Below, piece by piece: positions 1 through 11,363 of a DNA stretch of 64,000 bases. The stretch is from Squalus acanthias (Eukaryota): positions 13,084,001-13,148,000 of the forward strand of contig CM059433.1 in assembly GCA_030390025.1 (NCBI GenBank), given 5' to 3'. A program made the translations under genes and the position numbers. Position 1 is the first letter of the stretch, and every line of letters starts with the position of its first letter. Below the pieces are notes generated by a model that was given only the letters and a program-made list of their open reading frames with translations, had not been told where the DNA came from and did not search any database.

Positions 1-299
1 ATGTTAAGCTCCCAGCCCTGCTCACCCTGCAACCATGTTTCCGTAATCCCAATTAGATCATAATTATTAACCTCTATTTCCACAGCTAATTCATCTACCT
101 TGTTCCTGATGCTTCTCGCATTAAGGTATAAAACCCTCAGGCTTTTTTTATGCTCACATTTTTTATGAATTAGTTTGGCCCTTTGTTTTTTGTTCCTCAC
201 CCGTTTACCATTTATTTCTGTCTGCCTTTCACTTTCCTCTATTTCACTACATAGGTTTCTAGCCCCCTGCCATACTAGTTTAAATGCTCCCGAACTGCT
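1..299 (-). CDS. CR1 LINE ORF2 N-terminus (APE endonuclease), no in-frame ATG in the window, partial
   Basis: Frame open from 299 to the window edge (TAA at 302-300). Reads ...LRVLYLNARSIRNKVDELAVEIEVNNYDLIGITETWLQGEQGWELN. Confidence 0.85.
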
Positions 300-1222
300 T
301 TATCAAAAATTACCCCGAGAACATCAGTTCCATCTTTGCACAGGTGTAGACCGTCCCTTTTGTATAGGTCACACCTACCACAAAACTGGTTCCAATGCCT
401 CAAAAATTTAAAACCCTCCCTCTTACACCACTGCTCAAGCCACGTATTTAGTCTAACTATCCTGTTCTCTGTACTCTTACTAGCACGTGGCACTGGTAGT
501 AATCCAGAGATTACTACCTTCGAGGTCCTACTTTTTAGCTTGGCTCCTAACTCCCTAAATTCTACTTGTAGGACCTCTTCCCTTTTTTTAGCTACGTCGT
601 TGGTACCAACATGTATCACGACAACTGGCTGTTCCCCCTCCCCTTCCAGAATGTTCTGCACCCGCGCCGAGACATCCTTGACCCTTGCACCAGGGAGGCA
701 ACATACCATCCTGGAGTCTCGGTCGCGACCACAGAAACCCCTATCTATTCCCCTTACAATCGAATCCCCTATTACTATAGCCCTGCCACTCTTTTTCCCT
801 CCCTTCTTTGCAACAGAGCCAGTCATGGTGCCATGAGCCTGGCTGCTGGTGCCTTCCCCCGATGAGTCATCCCCCCCGACAACAGCACCTAAGGCGGTGA
901 ACCTGTTGCTAAGGGAGACAACCCCAGGGGATTTCTGCACTACCTTCCTGCCCTTGCTCTGCCTTTTGGTCACCCATGTACTATCTACGCTGGCCTTAAC
1001 CTGCGGTGTGACCAACTCACTAAATGTGTTATCCACAACCCTCTCAGAATCGTGGATGCTCCAAAGTGAGTCCATCCGCAGCTCAAGGGCCGTCATGCGG
1101 TCCCACATGAGCTGCAGTTGGACACACTTCCCGCACACATGGTTGTCAGGGACACAGGAAGCGTCCCTGATTTCCCACATGTTACAGGAGGAGCATGACA
1201 CAGGTCCGAGCTCTACTGCCAT
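275..1222 (-). CDS. CR1 LINE ORF1 protein (zinc finger/leucine zipper plus SGNH esterase)
   Basis: 315 aa uninterrupted. CSSC-x16-CGKC finger, heptad-like segment, SGNH blocks VIGDSIVRG, CLPGA, HVGTND and DGLHL. Confidence 0.9.
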   Translation of the reverse strand: MAVELGPVSCSSCNMWEIRDASCVPDNHVCGKCVQLQLMWDRMTALELRMDSLWSIHDSERVVDNTFSELVTPQVKASVDSTWVTKRQSKGRKVVQKSPGVVSLSNRFTALGAVVGGDDSSGEGTSSQAHGTMTGSVAKKGGKKSGRAIVIGDSIVRGIDRGFCGRDRDSRMVCCLPGARVKDVSARVQNILEGEGEQPVVVIHVGTNDVAKKREEVLQVEFRELGAKLKSRTSKVVISGLLPVPRASKSTENRIVRLNTWLEQWCKREGFKFLRHWNQFCGRCDLYKRDGLHLCKDGTDVLGVIFDKAVREHLN

Positions 1223-1663
1223 GACTTAACCCTTATATTACTTTTTAATTTTCTAGTTTTAGTTTATTTATTGACTTTTGTTTTCCCGAAGCTTACTTAG
1301 ACCAATGTATACTGTACTCCTCTTATTCCTTTTTAAACTAACCAAATCCCACTAGTTTTAGTTTTACTTTCTAGGAAGGTTTGAGGAAAGTACTTACCAG
1401 TTAGTCTTACCTCCCTGGTCTTTCGCTGACTTCCCGGTCTTGTGTCCCCTTGGTCCTACGCCGACTTCCCGCTCCTCCCGGTTCCTGCCCTGCTGAAAAG
1501 AAACTGAGACCAAAAAATTTGTGACCTCTGTTTTTAGACTGCTAAAAGACTAGTAGGTTAGAGGAGGAGGGCGGGTGGGGGTTCCTACTCTGTAGGAACT
1601 CGGGTTTAAGCCACCACCCTCCTTAAATGCCGTTCACCTGGGTGCTTCCCACCTGGTCCGCTT

Positions 1664-2004
1664 CCGGTCTCGTCGCTCCCGACAACAGCCTGTGAAGAAA
1701 AGCCCGCGAAAGTGAGTTCAAATACTCACAGCACCTCACAGCACCTCCGGTCTCGTCGCTCCCGACAACAGCCTGTGAAGAAAAGCCCGCGAAAGTGAGT
1801 TCAAATACTCACAGCACCTCCGGTCTCGTCGCTCCCGACAACAGCCTGTGAAGAAAAGCCCGCGAAAGTGAGTTCAAATACTCACAGCACCTCCGGTCTC
1901 GTCGCTCCCGACAACAGTCTGTGAAGAAAAGCCCGCGAAAGTGAGTTCAAATACTCACAGCACCTCACAGCACCTCCGGTCTCGTCGCTCCCGACAACAG
2001 CCTG
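1664..2004 (-). repeat. Tandem 73-bp monomers (about 4.4 copies) at the LINE 5' end
   Basis: Near-identical units start at 1664, 1747, 1820, 1893 and 1976. Units 1 and 4 are 83 bp because cacagcacct is duplicated. Confidence 0.95.
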
Positions 2005-2207
2005 AATAAGATTAATTTTACAAATGCAGAAATTGTATAGTCATGTTGTTTTAGTAATATTAGCAGCAGTAAATTTAGCTGGATTGCCAAGAAAGCAAGG
2101 GTTGGAAACTTGTGCATATGCACAATCATTGTTTGAATGCAGTTTTCAAATTGCAACTAAATTTAACTCAAAGCATACATTGCTTAAAAACACGATAAAA
2201 TTAAAAG

Positions 2208-2762
2208 ACAACAACAACAACTTGTATTTATATAGCGCCTTTAATGTAGTAAAACGTCCCAAGGTGCTGCACAGGAGTATTTTAAGACAAAAAATTTGAC
2301 ACCGATCCACTTAAGGATAAATTAGGACAGGTGACCAAAAGCTTGGTCAAAGAGGTAAGGTTTTAAGGAGCGTCTTAAAGGAGGAAAGAGAGGTAGCGAG
2401 GAGGACAGGTTTAGGCAGGGAATTCCAGAGCTTAGAGCCTAGGCAATAGAAGGCACGGCCATCAATGGTTGAGCGATTATAATCAGGGATGCTCAAGAGG
2501 GCAGAATTAGAGGAGCGCAGATATCTCGGCGGGGGGGCGGGGGGGAGGTTGTGGGGCTGAAGGAAATTACAGAGATAGGGAGGGGCAAGGCCATGGAGGG
2601 ATTTGAAAACAAGGATGAGAATTTTGAAATCGAGGCGCTGCTTAACTGGGAGCCAATGTAGGTCAGCGAGCACAGGGGAGATGGGCAAACGGGACTTGGT
2701 GCGAGTTAGGACACGGACAGCCGAGTTTTGGATGACCTCAAGTTTACGCAGGGTAGAATGTG
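2208..2762 (-). mobile_element. L2-type LINE 3' fragment
   Basis: PISPVLADLHWLPVKQRLDFKILILVFKSLHGLAPPYL C-terminus and a (GTT)n tail; same family as 11364, 22629, 28344 and 40497. Confidence 0.85.
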
Positions 2763-3447
2763 GAATAAAGCCACCGAATGTCCTTTGAGTGTGAGATATT
2801 TGGGTCAGCTGTGAGGACCAAATATTTTCCAGCTGGAGACTTCACATGGCGCACTGTTACTTCCTGTAAAGGACTTCAGAAGTATCTGGGGGGAGCCACA
2901 TACTGCACTGTAACGGTATCTGGCACCAGCTGCTCTGCAGAACTATGTTGGTCATCCTTCAAAAGCATTGTTACTGCTGCGATAATCTTCACATCAGATG
3001 TTTTGGAACGCGATCCCTCACGATAACTATTGGAATGAAGGGCTTAGTGCTGAGGAGAACTGAGTTTTAAAGTCACAGTGCACCAATTATAAAAAAAATC
3101 TTACAAAAGAGTTCATCAAAGAAGCTGCTAAATTTCATTCACACTAGACGTTAAATGTGGAATATCATTTGATCATTTTATTTTTGGTCAGCTGACGTAG
3201 TACATTCATCATGCTCAAGAGCCTCCAAATTAAAGTACTGAGAAATCTACATAAATAAAGATTCTGTCTACCTGATGTGGGGTACAGGCTTCCTTCCTGT
3301 ACTGAAACTAAGGCTTAGGGACCCCAAAGGTACACTGCGGTCCTGCTGAAGTTTAACCAGTTGAAGCTGCAAAGCAAGCCAGCATAGAATACTAATGAGC
3401 TTCCGGCTGCTTGTCCAGTTGGGATTAGCCTGGCTTTTTGGCTAGTG

Positions 3448-4957
3448 TTTTTTAAATTATTCGTTCATGGGATGTGGGCGTCACTGGCAAGGCCAGCATT
3501 TGTTGCCCTTGAGAAGGTGGTGGTGAGCCGCCTTCTTGAACCGCTGCAGTCCGTGTGGTGAAGGTACTCCCACAGTGCTGTTAAGGAGGGAGTTCCAGGA
3601 TTTTGACCCAGTGACGATGAAGGAACGGCAATATATTTCCAAGTCAGGATGGTGTGTGACTTGGAGGGGAACTTGGAGGTGGTGGTGTTCCCATGCGTCT
3701 GCTGCCCTTGTCCTTCTAGGTGGAAGAGGTTGCGGGTTTGGGGGGTGCTGCCGAAGAAGCCTTGGCGCGGCAGTGCATCTTGTAGATGGTACACACTGCA
3801 GCCACGGTACGCCGGTGGTGGAGGGAGTGAATGTTTAAGGTGGTGGATGGGGTGCCAGTCAAGCAGGCTGCTTTGTCTTGGATGGTGTCGAGCTTCTTGA
3901 GTGTTGTTGGAGCTGCACTCATCCAGGCAAGTGGAGATTATTCCATCACACTCCTGATTTGTGCCTTGTAGATGGTGGAAAGGCTTTGGGGAGTCAGGAG
4001 GTGAGACACTTGCCGCAGAATACCCAGCCTCTGACCTGGCTTGTTGCCACAGTATTTATGTGGCTGGTCCAGTTAAGTTTCTGGTCAATGGTGACCCCCA
4101 GGATATTGATGGTGGAGGATTTGGCGATGGTAATGCCATTGAATGTCAAGGGGCGGTGGTTAGATGCTCGCTTGTTGGAAATAGTCATTGCCCGGCACTT
4201 GTGTGGCGCGAATGTTACCTGCCAATCAGCCCAAGCCTGAATGTCATCCAGGTCTTGCTGCCTGCGGGCATGGACTGCTTCATTATCTGAGGAGTTGCGA
4301 ATGGCACTGAACACTGTGCAGTCATCAGCGAACATCCCCACTTCTGACCTTATGATGGAGGGAAGGTCATTGATTAAGCAGCTGAAGATGGTTGGGCCTA
4401 GGACACTGCCATGAGGAACTCCTCCAGCGATGTCCTGGGGCTGTGATGATGTGGTGATTGACCTCCAACCACCACAACCATCTTCCTTTGTGCTAGGTAT
4501 GATTCCAGCCAGTGGAGAGTTTTCCCCCCAATTCCCATTGACTTCAGTTTTACTGGGGCTGTCAGATGCTGCCTTGATGTCAAGGGCAGTCACACTCACC
4601 TCACCCCTGGAATTCAGCTCATTTGTCCATGTTTGGACCAAGGCTGTAATGAGGTAGGGAGCTGAGTGGTCCTGGCGGAACCCAAACTGGGCATCGGTGA
4701 GCAGGTTATTGGTGAGTAAGTGCTGCTTGATAGCACTGTCGATGACCCCTTCCATCACTTTGATGATTGAGAGTAGACTGATGGGGCAGTAAGTGGCCGG
4801 ATTGGATTTGTCCTGCTTTGTGTGGACAGGACATACCTGGGCAGTTTTCCACTCTGTCGGATAGATGTGTTATAGTTGTACTGGAACAGCTTGGCTAGTT
4901 CTGGAGCACAAGTCTTCAGCACGATAGCCGAGTGTTTCGGGGCCCACAGCCTTTGCA
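3448..4957 (-). mobile_element. Degenerate LINE 3' portion with RT (CR1 group, distinct from HER1; possibly Zenon-like)
   Basis: RT motifs QFGFR, GVPHGSVLGP, MFADD; C-terminal SLHHRRTVAAVCTIYKMHC; frameshifts. Clade assignment is tentative. Confidence 0.8.
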
Positions 4958-5039
4958 GGGTTATTGGTGAAAAGTAGGAAGAATCGCAGCGCTCAATAAC
5001 TGACCTATCCCTTCAGGTTCATAAATAAGCCTTGCACGG

Positions 5040-5306
5040 TCATCCTTTTTGTCATGTAATCTTTCCTGCCTTCCACCCTATCACAGACCTTCCCTTTGTT
5101 CTTTCCTCCCCTCCCCCTTTCCCTGCCTCTGTACTTGCTTAAAACCTGTTACATCTCTAACTTTTTCCAGTTCTGACAAAAGGTCATCGACCTGAAACGT
5201 TAAACTCTGTTTCTCTCTCCACAGATCATGCCTGACCTGCTGAGTATTTCCAGCATTTTCTGTTTTTTATTTTGGATTTCCAGCATCCGCAGTATTTTGC
5301 TTTTGT
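5040..5306 (+). mobile_element. Penelope-like family 2 terminal fragment with a mutated hammerhead core (CTGACAA)
   Basis: Near-identical to 36723-36968 and to the reverse complement of part of 50366-50830. Confidence 0.75.
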
Positions 5307-6136
5307 CATAAATAAGCCAAGCTGGCTGACCAATTACCAACAGCACCATGATTCTAGTGTTGCCACCAGGGACTGACTTAATCCCATTCTCCCGTTTCTC
5401 GGCATCTCAACTTCATCCCAAAGAATCTATCCTCTGACCAAAGGAGGGAAGTTGTCAGATGATCATACCAGAACTGATGAGCATGGGCATGAGCACTTGC
5501 TAGTTGGGCAACTGGTGTGACGCTCTTCCTGCAAGTGACATGGTAAACACAATTTGCCATAAATTGAGAGTGTGCATTGCCACTATCCTCTTGACCAGAC
5601 CATGGGCACTCATGATACATTATTAAATGGTGGTTCTACAAGTACTGCTTGAATTGTTGGATGGGATTTTCAACTTAACCTATAAAAACACTACATATTG
5701 CAGCATTTCTCTTTCACCGCACTGAATATTTTGCTATAACGGAGGTATATGGCTTTTGATTCCATCTAATGTGGATAAGAATTTTTTAAGGGGGAAATAT
5801 GCGTTGTGTAGCAATCATGCTTCTCTACTTGAACTTCTAACCCATTAATAACAAGAATGTTTGTTTTTTTCTAAAATAGTCTATCTCCTGTGACGTTGTT
5901 CATGGTAAGTTGGAGAATATGGTCACACTCTAACCTGTCTCTGATGTCTCCATGTTGCTGATTCTCTCTGTCTCTCCTCATCTGCTTGTTTCTGCCCCAT
6001 TAACTCTTTTTGATCTTCTCTACTCTCCTTCTCTCTCTGCCTTTTCGTTTTGTGGCACTGTTAACATTGACAATACCTCACACAGCCACCTATAGGAGTA
6101 TGAGGTACTTGGTGAGTTTTCAATGAAATGTGTGCC

Positions 6137-6985
6137 ACACAGTACTGCCCCCCGATTATCAAAATCCACGACGAGGCCTTGGACAACGTGGACCACTTTC
6201 CATACCTCGGGAGCCGACTGTCAACAAGGGCAGACGTCGATGACTAAGTCCAACACCGCCTTCAGTGTGCCAGTGCAGCCTTCGGTCGCCTGAGGAAGAG
6301 AGTGTTTGAAGGCCAGGACCTCAGACCCAGCACTAAGCTCATGGTCTACAGAGCAGTAGTGATACCCGCCCTCCTGTATGCTTCAGAGACATGGATCATG
6401 TACAGCAGGCACCTCAAAGCACTGGAGAGGTACCACCAACGCTGCCTCCGCAAGATCCTGCAAACCCATTGGCAGGATAGGCGCACCAACGTCGGTGTTC
6501 TCGCTCAGGCCAACATCCCCAGCATCGAAGCTTTGACCACATTCGATCAGCTCCGATGGACGGGCCACATCGTCCGCCTGCCCGATACGAGACTCCCAAA
6601 ACAAGCACTCTACTCAGAGCTCCGACACGGCAAGAGAGCCCCAGGTGGGCAGAGGAAACGTTTCAAGGACTTCCTCAAAGCCTCCTTGGAAAAAGTGCAA
6701 CATCCCTACCGACACCTGGAAATCCCTGGCCCAAGACCGCACAAAGTGGTGGCGAAGCATCCGGGAAGGCTCCGAACACCTCGAGTCTCTTCGCCGGGAG
6801 CAAGCGGAAGCCAAGCGGAAGGAGTGCACGTCAACCCAAGCACCCCACCCACCCGCCCCTTCAACCACCGTCTGCCCCACCTGTGACAGAGACTGTAGGT
6901 CCCGCATTGGACTCATCAGTCACCTGAGAACTCATTTTTAATGTGGAAGCAAGTCTTCCTCGGTTCTGAGGGACTGCCTAAGAGA
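6137..6985 (+). mobile_element. RTE-clade LINE 3' fragment
   Basis: RWTGHIVRLPDTRLPKQALYSEL..GGQRKRFKD and a C-terminal CPTC..HLRTH finger; TSD gtgtgcc at 6130-6136 and 6986-6992. Confidence 0.9.
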
Positions 6986-7149
6986 GTGTGCCTAAGTTAC
7001 ATATTTAGCATACAATATGTAGATGATCCACCGTTTTTCAGTAATCTGAAAATACTTCCATATTACAGTTTAATGCGGTTCAGTTTTTCAAGGAAAATTC
7101 CTTCAACTGTTGTTGTGCCTTCATGGGCACACCAGTACAGAGGGAAGAT

Positions 7150-7350
7150 GAGAATTTTTTAATGCAGCAAGTTATTATGGTCTGGAACGCATTGCCTCAA
7201 AGGGTGGTGAAAGCAGATTCAATAATAACTTTCAAAAGGAAATTGGACACTATGGGGAAAGAGCGGGGAGTGGGACTAATTGGATAATTCTTACAAAGAG
7301 CCAGCGTGGGCACGATGGGCCGAATGGCCTCCTTCTGTGCTGTCAGATTC
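7150..7350 (+). mobile_element. Old CR1/HER1 3' end
   Basis: Ends in the CR1 tail gatgggccgaatggcctccttctgtgctgt..gattcta. Confidence 0.7.
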
Positions 7351-7697
7351 TATCTCCATATTCATGATCTTTGATGCAAATCTTAAAGTGACTGATTTTA
7401 AATTTAAAAACATCTTTACAATGTTGAAAATACTGTGTCCTTTCCAAATGCCTTCTGGGTTTTCAAGTCATTCCTACTCGTAAATACTTTTTCTTGTAAA
7501 AACCTGCCCTCACTTCTAACCAAAAATGCACACAATTCTCTAAACTGCCCTACTAATAAACTGAATTCCTTCAGAGATCATTAACTGTGACAATATCGCT
7601 GTTCTTTCTTAGTAATTAAGCTTCATAACTCATTCCTACAAGTTGGTTGCTTTTTTAAAAATCTCTTTTTTTTAACTACATACGATAGCAACGTAGT

Positions 7698-8280
7698 ATC
7701 AGCTTGGTCAAGTTGATGGGACTCTGCTGTGAGTCAGACGGTCTTGTGTTAAAGCCCCAAATACTTGCCGATATAGTCTAGGCTGACACTTCAGTGGAGT
7801 GCAGTGCTGCGTTGACTTTTGCATGCGATGTTAATGGAGGCCCTACAAGTGGCACGGTTCAAAAAAAGAGCAGGGAGTCTGTATCCTCGCCAACATTGCT
7901 CCCTCGGCCAACCCCACCAATATCTCAGATTGCCTGATCGATCATTTGCTGCTTCCAAGACCTTGTGTGCCAATTCGCTGTCATGTTTGCCTACATGACA
8001 ACAGTTACTGCCCTTCAAAAGTAATCCATTGGTTGGAAGGGGATGTACTGAGGGTCTGGACTAAACTATATAAATGTGATGGCAAAATACTGCGGATGCT
8101 GGAAATCTGAAATAACACAGAAAGTGCTGGAAACACTCAGCAGGTCAGGCAGCATCGAGGAGAGAGAAACAGAGTCAGCGTTTCGGGTCGAACCCTTTTA
8201 CCTCATGGAACCATAGTTTACAGCACAGAATGAGGCCATTTGGCATATTTGTCAGAGCAATCCATATATAAATGCAAGTT
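7698..8280 (+). mobile_element. Degraded Deu-type tRNA SINE with an insertion (8077-8264) in its tail
   Basis: Similar to 16805-17260 (aggctgacact, tail tatataaatgcaag); tatataaatg duplicated at 8067-8076 and 8265-8274. Confidence 0.6.
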
Positions 8281-8859
8281 TTACTTGCGTGCAGTTATTT
8301 GAGACGGGTAAACACTAGCTAATGTCAAAAGCGCACAGCACGGACTAGCATGCAGTTCTCAGTGGACCAGTTATACAGTACCAACCTGCTGAGATTTGCT
8401 GTATTGTTACCACTTCTCCGGACTTGCAGCGAGAACATTTAAGTGATACAGCTAGAGGTCTTTTTCAGAGGCTTAATACTGTTTGTAATCCACCACAGTG
8501 ACGCTCTTTTTTTACCTTTTACCTCATGGAACCATAGTTTACAGCAGAGAATGAGGCCATCTGGCATATTTGTCAGAGCAATCCAAAATCAATTCTGCTG
8601 CTCTGCTTGCAGGAGGTGGGTCTCGTAGGCCTGTATCTTTGCTTCAAATATGTATCCAATTTTTCTTTAAAGGGTGCAGTTGTCTCTGCTTCAGCCGCAA
8701 CCTGTGGAAAAGTGTCCTCCAAATACCCTCTGTGCAAAGAAATTTCTCACCCTCTTAAGACCAGTTTCAATTTGATGACCCCTTGTCACTGACTCCCCAA
8801 CCAGAGGAAATAGTCTTTCCACATTCACTCTATCCCTGACCACCCGACTTCCTTTCTAG

Positions 8860-9430
8860 GCCCCCATGCCAACTGATAGTGCAAATGATTCCCTCTCCTT
8901 GGGGACCCTACCATTGACCCCTCTGTCCTTGCTAACTAGCATCCCATCTCAGACCTTCCTTGCCTTCCCCTGGTCCTCGAACATGTTGTTGCCTCCATCT
9001 GTGCCCTTCTTTCCTGCAAATTCCTGTTTGAATGCCTCCAATCAGGATTTTGTATCTCCCACAGCACTGAAATAGTCCGACCCAACAACATTCTCTGTTG
9101 CTACGACTCTGGTCCTTCCTCCGCTTCTCTACAGCCTTTGACGTAGTTGACCACAGCATCTTCTTGCAATGTCTCTGCTCCGTGGTCCAGTATGGTGGAA
9201 CTGCCCTGTGTGGTTCCACTCTTAACTATCTGATCGTAGCCAGTGCATGTCTAGCAATGGCCTTTCTTCTACTCCACCTTCCTCTCCTCCTTGAAGAGTC
9301 TCTTTAAAACCCACCTCTTTGACAAAAAAATGTTGATCCGCCACCCCCCCCCGCCCTCCTTCTCTCCTCCTTTGGCTTGCCACATAAGCTTTGTGAAGCA
9401 TCTCGGAAGGGCACTGTATAAATGTAAACT
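8860..9430 (+). mobile_element. Degraded L2 fragment
   Basis: STAFDVVDHSIFLQCL RT motif and L2-like 3' end (tcttaaaacccacctctttgac-like). Confidence 0.6.
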
Positions 9431-9697
9431 GTTATACGGATTGTGATGGTGTGCACAAAACTGGACTCGGCACTCTAACCCTAGCCAAAACAATGTTTTC
9501 CACAAATTTATACTTGTACTTTATTCTCCCGTTTATACAAACCAAAATACCATTGGCCTTTTTATCTATCTGTACCTAGTTACAGGGAATTATGCTCTTG
9601 AAAACCCCTAGGTCTCTTTGTTCATCCATCTTCACCTTCTTTCCATTGAGTGTATATTCCCATTCTTTGTTTTTTTTGTCTCCCAAAAGCTATTGCC

Positions 9698-10240
9698 TCA
9701 TAGAAACAGGAGTAGGCCATTCAGCCCCTCCACCCTGTTCCTCCATTCAGTGAGATCATGACTGATCTGCATCCTAACTCCATCCGCCACCCATTTCACC
9801 CCTCCCCCTCCCGCCCCCTGGCTGCATATCCCTTAATACCCTCGGCTAACAAAAAATCTATCAATCTCAGATTTAAAATTATTAATTGAGTTAGCATTTA
9901 CTGCTTTTTGCGCAAGAGTTCCGCACTTCTACCACCCTTTGCGTGAAGAAGGTTTTCCTAACTTCTCTCCTGAATGTCCTGGCTCTGATTTTAAGATTAT
10001 GTCCCCTTGTCCTAGACTCCCCCCACCAGCGGAAAAAGTTTCTCTCTATCTACTCTATCATTTCATTTCAAAATCTTAAAAACCTCAAATCAAGTCACAG
10101 CTTAACCTTCTATATTCCAGGGAAAACAAGTCTAGTTTATGTAATCTCTCCTCTGATTTAATCCTTGGAGCCCTGGGAACATTCTGGTGAATCTGCGCTG
10201 CACTCCTTCCAAGGCCAACATATCCTTTCGAAGGTGCAGT
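9698..10240 (-). mobile_element. CR1/HER1 3' fragment
   Basis: EERLHKLDLFSLEYRRL motif and the CR1 3' tail. Confidence 0.75.
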
Positions 10241-10293
10241 GTGTACTTTGCACCAAACCATATTTCCATCTGATTTCCAGATTTTCATTTATT

Positions 10294-10410
10294 CATAGAA
10301 ACATAGAAACTAGGAGCAGGAGTAGGCCATTCGGCCCGTCGAGCCTGCTCCACCATTCAATACGATCATGGCTGATCATCCAAATCCAGTACCCTGTCCC
10401 TGCTTTCTCA
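10294..10410 (-). mobile_element. CR1/HER1 3' tail
   Basis: Nearly identical to the tails at 13750 and 53778. Confidence 0.75.
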
Positions 10411-10685
10411 CACAGAATCCCCATCGAGCCTGCACCGACACATATCCCACCCTATCCCCGTAACCCCACATATTTAATCCCCCCCTAACACTAAGGGTCA
10501 ATTTATCATAGCCAAATCAACCTAACCCGCACATTTTTGGACTGTGGGAGGAAACCGGAGCACCCGGAGGAAACCCACGCAGACACGGGGAGAATGTGCA
10601 AACTCCACACAGACAGTCACCTGTGGCCGGATTCGAACCCGGGTCCCTGGCGCTGTGAGGCAACAGTGCTAACCACTATGCCATC
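10411..10685 (-). mobile_element. HE1-like V-SINE (tRNA-derived)
   Basis: On the minus strand: A box tggcatagtgg (10673-10683), B box ggttcgaatcc (10629-10639), V-domain gtggagtttgcacattctccccgtgtctgcgtgggtttcctccgggtgctccggtttcctccc. Confidence 0.85.
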
Positions 10686-11363
10686 TAACATAAAATTTGA
10701 AATCCAATTGTTTGTAATACCATTTAACCCCTTAGAGTCCTGGTCATACAGCACAGAAGGAGGCCATTCGGCCCATCGAGCCCGTGCCTCCTTGAATATA
10801 ATTTAATTAAAAAAAAACTCCATACGTAATCACCTTTGAGATCAGTTGTTCTCAATAGTGTTTGTTATTCTGATATAATGTCCCCCGTCTGCCTATGTAT
10901 TCCTTCAAACAATCCCTTTAATTGCACATTGATTTATCATTTGCCCACGTTCTTTAATGTCAATTCACCTGATGTTCTTCCCAAATTGCGCTGAGTAAAA
11001 TTGTCATTTCTCTCATCACTGCATGATTAAGTTTTACACACGTACAATTATGTAAATTGGAAGGCAAAGCTACAAAAAGGAAAATTTAACAGAGTAGGAA
11101 AATTCCCGAATCGCAAATTACTATCCATCCATTATGTGATCCTTCTTGTCTCGACATTTCATTGATTCATCCTGGTCCAATTTAGTTTAGTTATCTTTGG
11201 GATCTTCCTTTGTCCTTCAACACGAGTCAACAGTTCAAACAGTTATTGCAGTAGATGAATGTTAATGTATTCACTATCAGGTCGTATGAAAAATTTAAGT
11301 TTTTGGATGCATCATTCTGCCAGATAATTATCAACCAATTTTGAACCGCCAGTTGTCATTAAT

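Larger units (their letters stand above)
1..2004 (-). mobile_element. 5' half of a CR1/HER1-type LINE (5' UTR, ORF1, start of ORF2), continuing past the left window edge
   Basis: Intact esterase-type ORF1 followed by an APE endonuclease N-terminus; GC-rich 5' UTR with tandem monomers. Confidence 0.92.

Noticed and set aside
336..1229. Plus-strand ORFs overlapping ORF1, and similar ORFs opposite other LINEs
   Set aside because: Antisense shadows of retroelement coding sequence.
1664..2004. CRISPR-like array
   Set aside because: Units are contiguous with no unique spacers, no cas genes are present, and the context is a vertebrate LINE.
10620..10685. tRNA gene (also the heads at 16805 and 39020)
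   Set aside because: A and B boxes run into SINE bodies and tails; no complete cloverleaf with terminator.
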